DNA of 63,533 nt, counting the filler, from Welwitschia mirabilis (taxonomy: Eukaryota), in assembly GCA_051453625.1 (NCBI GenBank). It is 7 parts of one record of this genome, joined end to end, with 100 filler letters (N's around TTAATTAATTAA, not from the genome) between each part and the next. Parts side by side here need not be neighbours in the genome. Positions count along the whole stretch, not along the records: positions 29,821 to 43,298 come from JBOZIK010000001.1; positions 43,399 to 52,330 come from JBOZIK010000001.1; positions 52,431 to 59,149 come from JBOZIK010000001.1; 4 more parts are not named here. One strand, given 5' to 3'. Below are positions 39,090-52,745 of the stretch, piece after piece. Under the pieces are notes generated by a model. That model did not search any database. It saw nothing but the letters and a program-made list of their open reading frames with translations, and was not told the DNA's origin. Every line of letters starts with the position of its first letter. The stretch's first letter is position 1. The position numbers were made by a program, and so were the translations under genes.

Positions 39090-41087
39090 GAATTTGGTGG
39101 GGATGGTTAGGGAATGTGATGGTGCTACTGGTGTAACAGATTTTAGGCTATAGGGTCTCAGAACTTTTTAATAGAAGCCTAAAATGCTTGTACCTTAAAA
39201 ATTTGCACCCTATAAAAATAACCTATACATTATTAATTTTCTTAAATATTTTAAAATAATTTATAGAATAGGACTAAGAAATTTATGAAAAATTTATAAA
39301 AATCATAAAACACACATAATACAAATCATTAGATTTTGATTTGGTTTTAAATTCATGATCTTGGGTTCGGTTACACCTATAGGAAAGTTATTAGACTTGC
39401 AACACAAAAATATTAGATTAGATAACTAAGCTTAATAACTTAGATCAGTTTAGGTTTTACTAAAAATGACTTAGTACCTATCATTGAAAGAAAAAGAAAA
39501 TGTAAAAATGAAAGGAAAATGGGCTAGTTATAGTATCACTGAAAACGGATTAGTATCCACCACTAGAAGAATAAAAGTTAACTAAAAAATTATAAGCAGA
39601 AAATCATGCATTCTTAAAAAATTACTGTGCCAATATCTTTAATAATGGAGTTAAAATCTAATCATAGCTTTATATGGATTTTTTAAAGTTTATACTTAGA
39701 ATCATTCTTTCATAGGGATATAAAGGGTACTTTATAAAGAGAAACATAATTATTCTATTTTATAATGAAACTTAGAAAAAAAGAAAATTAAAATTTTGAT
39801 GAGAATGATTTTTAGTTGACAATGTAAGGGAATGAAAATTCTCCAAGGATCTAATAAATTCACCTTATTCTCCACCTTTGCTCTAATGATTCTTATATCT
39901 TAAACTTGACAATTAAGTAATATCTACCTAAAAATTATCAATTACCAATGAATTATGTAATAATGATGAAAGGAAGAAACCTACTTAAGAAATATTCTCA
40001 TCTAAATATTGCTAATGCCAAATCAATTATCTAATAATAATAAAAGGATTAAAATTAAATCTAAAACTAGTCCTACATAAATATTACTAATACAAAATGA
40101 CTTTGTGCATTAATAATGAAAGGGCTTAAACTAAATCTTTTACTAAAATTAAACTAGATATACATTACCTCAAATGAAGGAGGTAAAAAAAAACCTCCTC
40201 AACTAGCCTTGGATCATTCCACCCTTAAGAAAAGTTATCGGAGCATCATAACATCCTAGCCTCTAAGTCTTTCCCATGTTAAGCTAATCAAAAGATGTTT
40301 ACAAGGGGTACTCAAGGCTCTTTTATAGATGAGGAAAGGATTAAAGTCTAAGTCATGATTGCATAGGTGGTAGTTACATAAGGAGGGTTACTTAAGGATG
40401 GATACATAAGGAGGAAGTTATAATTTTTCATATGTATCCAATTCCTTTTCTTAATATGCAAACATGATGATAATGTGTCCTTTGACTATTGATTATGCTA
40501 CCAAAGGATGCCATATCATGTGTCTTTCATGTGATTATCCTTATTATTATCACATGTTATTACAACATGTCAATTTGTACTTTTCCTTGTGTCATTAAGT
40601 CTAAATATTTTTTTAGGATTAATTATGACTTAGCTCATAAGTACAATGTAATTAATGTCAAAAAGATATAGGAACGTGAGTTTTAGAACAATCTTATTTA
40701 GAAAGCTAATGGAATGAGAAGACTTGACCATGCCATCGGTGTTTGGTGATAAACATTCATCAGTTTGGGCATAGTTCTTTCAAAGGCTATAATATACCTT
40801 ATCATGTTAAGGGAAGTCCGTAATTTCATGAAAAGTAATAAAAAGGTCAAAAAAATTAATATGTGATAAAACCATAAATTTAGTATTTCTTCCTATGCTA
40901 AATTGATCAATTATACTTACTTAGAATGTCAATTTTGACATGCAACTAGTTATCAATGAGCAATTGGATTTGTAGTCTTTAAGTAAAACTTGGACTCTAT
41001 TACCAAGAAGGAGGGTTTATAATCAATTCTTGATTAATACACTCTTAACAGATGAATATAAGTCTAACTGATAAATGAAATGCAATT

Positions 41088-42422
41088 TTCGCCTTTAGAA
41101 ATAGTACTATTTCCTAATGATCATTACTGGCATTAGTGACTAGGACAAATCTACTTTCACTATTTGAATAAATAGGTACGAATGATGGTAAGTTTGAACA
41201 AATTTTCTTTAATAATTATACTACCTTTTTTGCTTCTGAATTCTACTAAAATGGTTGTCCTTTCATGCATCCATGGATAGCTTTTGTCTTAGAGCTAACA
41301 ACTAGAATAACATCTCTTATATAATTAATGAATCCAAGAAATCTTTGACATTACTTTACATCTAATAGCTGATCTAGAAAAGTTGAATTTTTTGATATAA
41401 TATGATCTTAAACTTATATTTGTCCATTTATGATATTAACATGAAGGAAATCAATATGATTTTTTAACATTTTAAATTTCTTTTTATCAGTGGAGAAACC
41501 AATACCATGCTTTAATGATAATTTTGCAAACTTATTGAATTGGACCATCAGCCTTGAAATATACATTTGTAGCATTTATTATTCATTCTCATGTAGAAAT
41601 TTGAAGAAATAAAGATCATATGGTAATTAATTGTATTCCTCTCAATAAAGTTACAATTAATCTAGCATAACCTATAAAAGATAAAGGTTTTCTTATCTAG
41701 AAGGTTGTAGGAAAAAAGTATTTTTAAAAAGTTTATTATAAGTCAAGATATCATCAATAAAAATTCATCCTGATGACATTTATAAGATAGCTTTTGAAAC
41801 TCTTAAGGAATCTTTTGAATGAATAGTTATGTCATTTGGCTTCAAGACTATACTTGCTTAATTCCAAGCTAGAATGAATACTATTTTTGCTAATTGTAGT
41901 GATTTTATTAAAAACTATATTGATGATTTTGCTATTTTCTATAATACATATGAAGAACATCCCCAACATTTAGATTAGTTTGTAAAATTAGCATTGAAGC
42001 ATGGTATTGGTTTTTCTAGTGATAAAATGAAATTTAAAATGTTATAAAATTATACTGACTTACTTGACGTTGATATCATTAATGGATAAATACAAGTTTA
42101 AAACCATATTATATCAAAAATTTCAACTTTCTTAGATTAATTATCAGATATAAAATCAACATTAAAGATTCCTTAGATGCATCAAATATGTAAGAGATTT
42201 TATTATAGCTATTAGTACTAAGAAAAAAGTATCCATGAATGCATGAAAAGACAATCATTTCAATGGACTTCAGAAGTAATAAAGGTAATACAATTATTAA
42301 AGAAAATTTATTCAAGTTACCATCATTAGTACCTATTTAGTCAATTAGTGAAAGTAGATTCATCCTAGCCATTGATGCTAGTAATGATTATTAGGAAGCA
42401 ATATTATTTCTACAAGAAAATA
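41088..42422. repeat. Inverted repeat of viral RT/RNase H (arms ~41088-41535 and ~41975-42422)
   Basis: aaaccaataccatgct pairs with agcatggtattggttt, and aatctactttcacta pairs with tagtgaaagtagatt. There is no gap inside the structure. Confidence 0.9.
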
Positions 42423-42573
42423 CTATAGGAAAAAAAAGATATTCTGATACTTATTAAGAGAATTCAAAAAGAATGAAAAGAATTAAAGAATCCTAGAAAA
42501 ATAAGTCCTAACATTAATTAATTATTTAGACAGGTTACATTCATTTCTAATGGATAATGAATTTATTGTACGA
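41545..42573 (+). pseudogene. Caulimovirid reverse transcriptase and RNase H (decayed)
   Basis: AFIIHSHVEI*RNKDHMVINCIPLN ... KIHPDDIYKIAF ... FE*IVMSFGFK...FQARMNTIF...NYIDDFAIF (YIDD at 41916-41927) ... KHGIGFSSDKM. RNase H motifs IDASND (~42371) and FLMDNEFIVR follow. The AF.V..H.E..RGK.RMVINY..LN pattern is characteristic of Caulimoviridae rather than Gypsy. Confidence 0.9.
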
Positions 42574-43699
42574 NNNNNNNNNNNNNNNNNNNNNNNNNNN
42601 NNNNNNNNNNNNNNNNNNNNNNNNNNNNNNNNNNNNNNNNNNNNNNNNNNNNNNNNNNNNNNNNNNNNNNNNNNNNNNNNNNNNNNNNNNNNNNNNNNNN
42701 NNNNAAATGTGCTCCTAGAATTACTTATCCGATAATTTACATAGAAAAAGAAAAAAGACTATTTGAAGATGTATGAAATAGGAGCTAAAGCAGTACATCC
42801 TTATGAAAGCATGGTGCATAAATCTAAGACTATTGATGTCGAGTATCTTTGACTTAATAACTTTTAGTGCAATCTTGCTAAAAAACTATTGAAGTTTTAG
42901 AGTGGCAACTTAAATTAAATAAGTTCTTATATACTTATCAATATGAAAATGAAACACTACTTATTCTAATTAGAATGCAAGAATNNNNNNNNNNNNNNNN
43001 NNNNNNNNNNNNNNNNNNNNNNNNNNNNNNNNNNNNNNNACTCACATACAATGGTATTAGTATGATGCTTACTACTATCAAAATTTATGATGTTACTCAT
43101 TTAAATTCTAAGTGTTTTCATTAGCCTCTATTACTAAGTAGTAGCCATACTATATGTATGAAGACTATTTACATGACGATAAGTGTTTTAATTAGTTGCC
43201 ATTTAGAAAAGATTATATGTAAATAGAAGTTTATAAAAATTAGAGAAGCTTTAAGCTATAGTGAAAAGAATTTGACTATTCACTACCAAAGTGCCATTNN
43301 NNNNNNNNNNNNNNNNNNNNNNNNNNNNNNNNNNNNNNNNNNTTAATTAATTAANNNNNNNNNNNNNNNNNNNNNNNNNNNNNNNNNNNNNNNNNNNNTA
43401 TTTATTATGAGCACATTATTTAAATCCTATGCTATGATTTATTATTAGCATGTTATCATGAGCACATTTTACTTGATTAGTTGTTATCTTTTGTGAATGA
43501 AATTACTGAATGCTAATGTGCCTTTTTTAAAATCTATACATGTTATTCAAGTGATTAAAATCATGATCTTTTTAATATAATTGTAAAATATGCTTATGTA
43601 CTTCTCTATTTTAAATATAAATGTCTTAATTTAGTTATTAAATGTAATTGCACTAATAAAATTTAACAAGTTTTGAACATAATCAAAAAGGGGGGAGAT

Positions 43700-45213
43700 T
43701 GTTGGTGAATCTAGTTTTGATGATTTCACTTATCAAATATTTTATGTCTTTATGTAGATAAGTTAATGTAAAAAAATGAAATAAAAAATAGCATAAATCA
43801 ATATTAGACTTTCAAGCAGATATCTAAATTAATTAACTGAAGACATCTATGATGAAGATGTCTAGACTCTTGAAGATGTTTATGGTGAAGATGTCTACAA
43901 GTTAAAGTTGTTTATGATGTACTAGCTTTTAGGTCATAGGTTAAATATGTATATCTTAATAAAGATTATTATGTTAAAAGATGAATCTAACACAGATAAA
44001 AGACATCTACATGTGTAAAGATGTCTATGCTGAATTGTAATAGGTAATAGAGTCATTTTGTACTTTAATGAATATTTAACTTTCCAAGTAAGCTATCAAT
44101 ATTTGCATTATGGATTCATGATCATAGAGGGTTAGAGATTATATAGTATAATGTTCATCAAGTTATAAGTAGTTTGGATGAAAACATCTACCAGGTGAAA
44201 CATCTGACTATTAATAGATGTCTACAATTTTAAAGATGTCTTGAATCAAGGTTCATGTTAAATTAAAATGAAGATCTGATGCCTAGATGCACTCATCTGT
44301 TGCATAACAATTACAAAGTTTAAATGGCTACTGTTTAAGATCAAATAGCTAGAATCTCTTAAATGGTATAAAGGAACGACTTAATGAAATAGGTCAAAAG
44401 CATTTAAGGCACATAAGGATCAAACCAAGAATAAAGGAAATGAATACATGGTTAATTGGAACTACTCAAGAAGGATCAAAGATATCATTTAAAATGAACT
44501 TTTAGTGTCTACATCATTTATTTTCTTAAATCCTACATTGTTGCATCATTCTGTAGCACTCATGATAATGACAACAATAAGGGAACTCAAGCTCTCTTCA
44601 AAGATACATCATTTAGGTTGATTATTATATATGTTTATTAGATCTTACATTGTTGTATTATTTCATTTTTGAATATTATTATATAGTCCATTCTTGTTTT
44701 ATCAAATCTCAAGGATCCCTTACTAAGGTTCCTCATTATAAATTAACCCTTGTATAAGTGTGCTTTTCAATGCCTATGAGCACTTGTATTATTATATTGT
44801 TATTTCCTTAAGGGGAAGAGAGTACTGCCTTATGATAAGCATCTCACTTTATGATTATACTTGTGAGCACATTGTTATTTCTCTAAGGAAAAGAGTTTAT
44901 TGCCTTATGAGGAGCACCTTACTTTGTAGTTGTACTTGTGAGCATATTATTAGTCTTCCCTAAGGGAAAGAGAATGCTGCCTTGAGAGAAGACTCTCATA
45001 TTATTGTAAGGGTGGTGATGAGACAAAACCACTAATCTTATAGGGTAAGAATATCCAGAGATATGAGAGGAAGCCACCCTCTACATGTGTATTTACCTAG
45101 GTTAGGGAACCACATTATCTTGGTAAGGTATTTATTATACTATTTTTTAAATTTGTTATTAGTGAAATTTTTTATTTAATAGACTCATTCACCCCTTTCC
45201 TTTGAGTTTAACA
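43700..45213 (+). mobile_element. Sirevirus-type 3' LTR with PPT
   Basis: PPT aaaaaggggggagat (43685-43699), then TGTTGG..., ending attcacccctttcctttgagtttaaca at 45213. Contains repeated aagatgtcta/aagacatcta motifs and ~65-bp tandem units at 44760-45000. Confidence 0.85.
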
Positions 45214-45625
45214 ATCCTTAGTGCATTACAAATCTTAAGGGCATACTCTTTTCCTCTTAAGGATTATAATAAATAAAGGTCTAATAGTATTATCAAGCAT
45301 GTAATTAAGACATAAGAAGTACACTTATACAAGGGTTACCTTATACTTTGAAATCCCCAAGCAAGGGATTCTAGTAAAGTAGGTAAAGAAAAGCTTATGA
45401 ACTAGAATAAATGGATTTAATAATCAGATAGTTCTACAATAAATTACTAAAATAGAAATATAATGAAAGAACAATAAGCTTGATATGATGTTAAAATAAT
45501 ATTTTCTTGATTTCTCCTTGGTGTAATCACCCATGAAAATCTATTATTAGATTTTACAACAATGGATATTCTAGAAATCCTGTAATGTCTTTAATGAAGA
45601 AGTTTCTTCATTAAGAGCAATAGAT
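45214..45625 (-). mobile_element. Fragment of a related LTR in opposite orientation
   Basis: cacttatacaagggtta (~45322) is the reverse complement of taacccttgtataagtg (~44744). Weaker similarity extends over ~44480-44850. Confidence 0.6.
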
Positions 45626-45629
45626 TTTT

Positions 45630-48600
45630 ACTTGTATGGTATCGACTACATAAGAGAGGGTTACTTGAATAGGTGATTAGCACTAAACAAGTTGAAATAT
45701 AGAAGAAATGTATAAGAAATAGAGTACTGAATGTAATGAATAAATCACTTTCTATTACTAGAATAAAAATTATAATTCTTACAAATAAGAATTAAACCAG
45801 CATAGCTTTTATAAGATCTCTTCTTAATAGTGATGTTCAAAGTCTTACTTAGGATTTACCACTCTAATGCTTAATAACTTTAAAAAGAGAATACAATTAA
45901 GCATGACCTTACATTAGTAATTATCTCCTTAAATTTCATAAGAAGGGCTTCTCTCACACTCCAGTTCTAATATTTATTACTTCTACCTTTTTTAAGTCAT
46001 TCATTAAGGCATTAACCAAGTCATTCTCTTCATCTTTTTATATTCTATTATTCATATAACTTCAAGAGAAATACTTATTAACAAAGAATCCTCTTAGTCT
46101 TAGGCTTTTATATAATTTTTTAAAGATAAAATGTTTCTTATGCATGAATTCCATCCAAACATAACATATTCCTTACATATTTATCTTTTTCTAAATATAA
46201 AATATTTCAACCATTAAGATTCTTTCTATGCTTCTACATAGGGTGTTTACATGGTGACTATACATGATGTCTTCATGATAATTACACATGGCAAATTTTA
46301 TTTTCCACATTAGTACACTAGAAACTTAACAAACATATCCCTAACTAAAGCATAATCTTTAATTTTATTTTATAAGAATGCTCCTATATCATTCTTTCTT
46401 ACTTAAAAGTAAGATATCATATGAAAAGGATTTCTCCTTTATTGGACCTCTATGGTCCCTTATCATGTAGTTCCGCTATGAGATCCAAATTACATCTTCT
46501 AGATGATCTCTTGGAAAATGGGCTACATACTCATAATATACCTTCCTTCATGTTTTTTTCTCATGGATTTTTATAATTGCTAGTTTCTTGTTTTTAATAT
46601 TCTTCTCTTTATTTTACTTTTGAAGATTTGAAATCTAAGCTTGATCCTCTATCGGTTTTCCATTATACTTCACCAAGTATACTATTATAAGTAGGTGAAG
46701 TACCCCTATTCTTTAAAAGATATTGTGAAATATTTTTCATAATACTATATATTTTAAAACTTAATATTTTTATATGTTCTTATGGAAAGTATTTTTTTTT
46801 GCAAGTATGCCATCAATAAATCACCTTCATCAAACTCCATATGTTTATTCACTTGTTTATGCATCCTTAGCCTTGAAGTTTGATGCTTTCAAAGTTTTTT
46901 CTACATACTCATAAAATGCTGCAATTTTCTTTGCATAGTCCTTTGTCATATCTGATAGCTCTTATACATCATGCAACATATCTAACATCCTTAAGTGATA
47001 TTCATATACCAATTCAAATGGTGACTTTTCTATACTTCTATTCGTTAAATTATTGTAACAAAACTCTACATGTAGTTAGTATTATTTCCATATATTTGAC
47101 TTACCTTTGTGAAGACATCTTCACAAGATCTTGATGCTATAGTTAACCACTTCTCTCTATTCATCTGTTTCTGGATGATATGATAAAGAATACTATAACT
47201 TAGCATGCATCATGTACCATAGGATTTTCAAAAAAAGAGAAATAAATTTTGCATTTCTATTTAAAACTATTATCTTTAATAATTCATGGAGATGTAAAAT
47301 CTCTTTGAGCAATAACATGGCCATGTATGAAGCATCACTTGTCTTAATACAAGAGAAAAAAAAAATTCTAACTTGCTAAATATGTCTAACATCATCATGA
47401 TGAAATCATATCCACTCTTGAAACAAGGTAATTCTAAGATGAAATCCATAATTAAGTATTATCATGGTTTTGTTGGAACTAATAAAAATAGGTATAATCT
47501 TAAATTTGTTGATCCCCCCTTTTCTCTTTGACATGTAAAGAAACTTTGTACTATTTACTATATATCCTTGTACATGTTAGGCCAATAGTGTAACCTCTTC
47601 AATAATTCATAGGTTTTATTCAATCTATAGTGTCTAATCATGTCTCCATAATACTTTTCTTGTAAGATATTTTTCCCTGATGATCCTCTAGGAATATACA
47701 ATCTATTATACTTATAAAGTAAGCTATCATTAATATAAAAATATTTACAATCATAGCCTTATAAAGGATTTTTCACTTCCTCCCATACCTCCTTAAATTC
47801 TGGATCATAATGTTATACATCTGAAGTATGTTATAAATTAAAACAAAGTTTGAAAGATCTTATCATGTATACTACTCAACTTAAAGCATCTGCCACTCTA
47901 TTCATTTCCTTTATTTTACTCTTAATTAGAAACCTAAATTCCTATAGATTTTCTTCCCACTTCACTTGCTTTACACTTAACTCATCTTGACTATTTATGT
48001 ATTGCAATTTCTTATGAGCTATGAATAAGATGAATTCCTTCTATAGTAGATAATTTCTCCACCTCTTCAATGCTTATAAAATAGCATATGACTTCTTTTC
48101 ATAGGTTAAGTGCTTTTGCTTAGAATCATTTAGCTTTCCACTAAAGAAGATAAATGGTTTCCCTTTTAGATGAACATTCCTCTAATTGGTTTACCACTTG
48201 CATTACATTCCACTTAAAAAGTCTTGTTAAAATTTAAAAATGCTAATGTACGATCTTTAAAAATGCTCTTTTTCAACTGCTCAAATGCTTCATCCATTTT
48301 CTTAATCCACTTGAAAACTCAATCCTTCTTAACGATAGCTAATATTGATGCAAAATCCTGTTTGAAATTCTTAATAAACCTCTAGTAAAATCTTGCTAAT
48401 TCATAGAAACTATAAATACCCCTTACTAACATTAGTATAAGCTAATCCAAAAAAAACGATTTACCTTGTTTAGATCAATGCTAATTCTATCTTTAGAGAT
48501 CATTATCCTAAGGAACACTAACTTTGGCTAGGCAAAGACAAAATTCTTTGCATTTACCATCAATGTATTTTCCTTTAACCTTTAAAGAACTCTTCTTAAA

Positions 48601-51600
48601 TGTTCTCTTTGATCTTCAATGTTTTTGTTGAACACTAAAATATCATCAAAAAATTCAATAACAAACTTTCTAAGGAAAGGCTTTAATATCTCTATCATTA
48701 AAATCATGAATGTACTTTAAACTTCATTAATTCAAATGATATCACCAAGGATTACATTCATTTGAAATCTTAAATACATCTTTTACTTATCTTCTTCTTG
48801 GGTATGAATCTTATGATTTGTTCTTCAAATCTATCTTACTGAGAATAAATTCTTTTATCAAATAATCTAAAATATTATTCATGTAAGGCATAAGAAAGTA
48901 ATACCTAANNNNNNNNNNNNNNNNNNNNNNNNNNNNNNNNNNNNNNNNNNNNNNNNNNNNNNNNNNNNNNNNNNNNNNNNNNNNNNNNNNNNNNNNNNNN
49001 NNNNNNNNNNNNNNNNNNNNNNNNNNNNNNNNNNNNNNNNNNNNNNNNNNNNNNNNNNNNNNNNNNNNNNNNNNNNNNNNNNNNNNNNNNNNNNNNNNNN
49101 NNNNNNNNNNNNNNNNNNNNNNNNNNNNNNNNNNNNNNNNNNNNNNNNNNNNNNNNNNNNNNNNNNNNNNNNNNNNNNNNNNNNNNNNNNNNNNNNNNNN
49201 NNNNNNNNNNNNNNNNNNNNNNNNNNNNNNNNNNNNNNNNNNNNNNNNNNNNNNNNNNNNNNNNNNNNNNNNNNNNNNNNNNNNNNNNNNNNNNNNNNNN
49301 NNNNNNNNNNNNNNNNNNNNNNNNNNNNNNNNNNNNNNNNNNNNNNNNNNNNNNNNNNNNNNNNNNNNNNNNNNNNNNNNNNNNNNNNNNNNNNNNNNNN
49401 NNNNNNNNNNNNNNNNNNNNNNNNNNNNNNNNNNNNNNNNNNNNNNNNNNNNNNNNNNNNNNNNNNNNNNNNNNNNNNNNNNNNNNNNNNNNNNNNNNNN
49501 NNNNNNNNNGTTATTTTTTTGATGACTTCTAAATTAACACACACATGTAACTCTATATTTTTCTTCTTTGGAATTAACACTAGTAGAATAGAACATAGTA
49601 ACAAACTTTTCTTTATGAAGCCCTTGTTTAGTAGCTCCTATACTTGTCTACTTATCTTCCCTCTTTTATGCAATGCCATTCTATATGATGCTTTATTTAG
49701 AAATGAAGCACTAGAAACTAAAGCTATCTAATGATTTATACTCCTCATGGGTGGTAAAATAAAAAGCAAATCATTAATGAAAATTACCTATAAATGATTT
49801 TAATACATATTTTACCTTCATTGGTTACTTCTTCAACTTCTATTCTAAAGATACCTTTAATACAAGTGTCATGTCATTGCCTTCTTCTTTTATTTTATCA
49901 ATAACCTCCTTTCTTCCCCAGGAGTGTATACTTCTCTTATGCTTTAAGATATTATATAAATCTAGTAACAACTAAAATATCTTTTCATTATTACCAATTA
50001 TGATATAACTATGAGTCTCTTGATTATGCATGTACTTAGTATCATATTGCCATGGTCTACCTAATAATAAATAACAAGCATTCATAGGAATATCATCATA
50101 GTGAAATTGATCATAAAAGTTACTTAAAGTTGACTAGGCATTATTCTGTAATTCTAACATGGTGCCCATCCTATAACTAAGAGAGTTGGTATGATGCTAG
50201 ATGCAATATGGTCTTTAAATTCAAATTTTCTATCATCTCAATAAAAACCAAGTTATTAGTGCTTCCATTTTTAACTATAGCCTTGTAGACATTATCTTTA
50301 CACTTATATTTCATTTAAAGAGTCTTTTCCATTGTTCTTGCTTCTTAATAATTTCTGCATTTTGTATGAGGTTTATTCTAATAATCATATTCTCTCCTTC
50401 TCATTAGCATCATTCTATAATTTCTTCATGTTAGATTCTTTGCTTGTCTTACCATGATAAAAGGCAACAGTAATGTGCATATCTTTCTTGCTTAATTAAC
50501 CCTCATAAGACTTATCTTCTAGATTATGAAATTTATGATAGATATTTTAAAAATTACCTCCTATAACTCTTCATCAAAAAGTACCTCCTATACCTCTGGT
50601 ATCTTCTTTACCTTTCTTTTTCTATTCTTGGTTTCTTCTTTCTCCTTATGAATAACCCCTTCTTTGTGATTTTTTTTCTTTGAATTTTCCTCTATTTGAA
50701 CTATTCCCTTATTGCAACTTATTTCCTACTTATACCATAAACTTGTATTCTTCCTCTATTATTCTATAAGTAACAATGATAATTTCATTTTAAATAACAA
50801 GTCTTAAATCCATAACATATATGGTTATCTCTTCTATGCTAAAGTTAAAATGTCCTACTTGAATGACAACTGCAGGAAATCCTCTATGTATTCTGTCATA
50901 AAAATTTTTTACTTAATAAGGTACTTGCATCTTTTTTATTATCTTTATCTCATGCAAAAGTACCATAAACTTGTATTAGAATGTTTTCTTTATGTAGATC
51001 CAAGTAGTGGAAAGATCTTTATTTTGAAGATCCTTTCAAAAATGTTTATACTAATAGCTCTAACTTCTCACAAGTGAGTTGAAGCAATATTTAACCTTCT
51101 TTTCTACATTTATGTTCTTCATCTTAAAGTATTACTCCATGCCTCAAATCTAGTCTTGAAGATTTTTCACTTTCAAACTTCCTTCAAATGGTGTTAAACT
51201 TACTATGTCCTATCCTAGCTTTAGTACGATTTTCATAAAGAGAGTCATCTCTTTGTCTTTACTCTGAGATTCATGCATAACATCCTCCTTTGGTGGCTTA
51301 TGCATTAGGAAGGATTATTTTTGTGCTTCTTCTCTAGAATTAGCTCTAAAGGTTTAGATGTATAGTCCATACTCATCCTCTTTACCATCTCTTATATTAT
51401 ATGTATAATACCTTCTATTACTAGTTCTTGTCTTACAACATGCTCTTATAGGTGAGAAACCATTGCATTCTTTGATGTTATCTTGAAATAAAATAGAACA
51501 CTAACTCCACAAAAAATCCAAAACTTACTTTGATATTAGATGATGCAAAGATAATGTAACAAAAAGTTCAAGAGCATTTTGGGATTGTGTTCCTAGAGTA

Positions 51601-52045
51601 GAATAAAAATATAAAAGAAATATATAGGAAACAAGATCTTTAATGTAATGAAGGAATCACTCTTTATTACTAATAAAAAATTTACAATACTTACAAATTA
51701 AAATCAAACTAGTAGAGATTTCATTGGCTCTCTTTCTAATAATAGCCTCTAAAGCCTTATTTAGACTTTACCACTCTGATCCTTCATAGCCTTCAAGAGA
51801 GAATATAAGTGAGTCATAATCTTACACTAGGAACTATATCNNNNNNNNNNNNNNNNNNNNNNNNNNNNNNNNNNNNNNNNNNNNNNNNNNNNNNNNNNNN
51901 NNNNNNNNNNNNNNNNNNNNNNNNNNNNNNNNNNNNNNNNNNNNNNNNNNNNNNNNNNNNNNNNNNNNNNNNNNNNNATAAAGAATCCTTCTAATATTAA
52001 CCTCTTACATAATTTACTAAAGAAAACATATTCCTTTGTTGCAAT
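45630..52045 (-). mobile_element. CRM-like (centromeric chromovirus clade) Gypsy element, decayed
   Basis: LTR pair: 45700-46110 aligns with 51610-52030. The 5' LTR ends ...TGCATCA (51541) next to a decayed iMet PBS (51527-51538). Coding motifs: IPMNACYLLLGRPWQYD, KFVIEFFDDILVF, NRVADALS and HPETDE*REVVN, in protease-RT-RNase H-integrase order. Confidence 0.8.
46500..51460 (-). pseudogene. pol: Gypsy gag-pol polyprotein, heavily decayed
   Basis: Motifs listed for the parent element, with numerous stops and frameshifts. Confidence 0.8.
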
Positions 52046-52745
52046 CCTAATTTATCATGGTTTAATGGTGTAATTGATGATGTTTTGCAGGGAACAGGAA
52101 CTCAATTCAGTCTTTTCAGAAACTTTTGTTGTAAAGTAATAAAATATCTTAATTTTGATCTTAATTACTATATTTTCATTTATAAGAGCAGGAATTCAAC
52201 CATGGAAATATTGGAGTAAAAATTGAAATAAAAACTTAACAAATTTACTATCATCCCTCATGTATTCCCCATGACATCATCCATAACAACACTATAATAA
52301 GGCTATGGAGCTACTAATTAGGTGATGCTANNNNNNNNNNNNNNNNNNNNNNNNNNNNNNNNNNNNNNNNNNNNTTAATTAATTAANNNNNNNNNNNNNN
52401 NNNNNNNNNNNNNNNNNNNNNNNNNNNNNNCATCTTTCATGCATTTATTTCAGTTAGTCTCTACTTCATTCGCCCATGCATTTCTCTCTTTCATTTCCAT
52501 TATTACCTCATTCACCGTCTTCCATCGCAATCGGATCACACACTCACCATTTGTTCTATGTATGTGTTTAAACTTCCATTGAATGGAATTTTTATTACCC
52601 GCTTAACTCCCTTTTATCATTTTACATTCTCGCCTTTAAAGTAAAATATTACATATGCGAAGGCTTTCGTTAAAAGACACATCCAATTTTCTCATGTTTT
52701 TGACATGAGATTCATTTATTCACCCCATGTTAAAAAGGGGGCAAC

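Larger units (their letters stand above)
39650..43298. mobile_element. Endogenous pararetrovirus locus B: leader block and RT-RNase H in both orientations
   Basis: 39658-39925 aligns with 25140-25420 of locus A. A caulimovirid RT-RNase H runs on plus from ~41545, with an inverted partial copy at 41088-41535. Confidence 0.85.
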
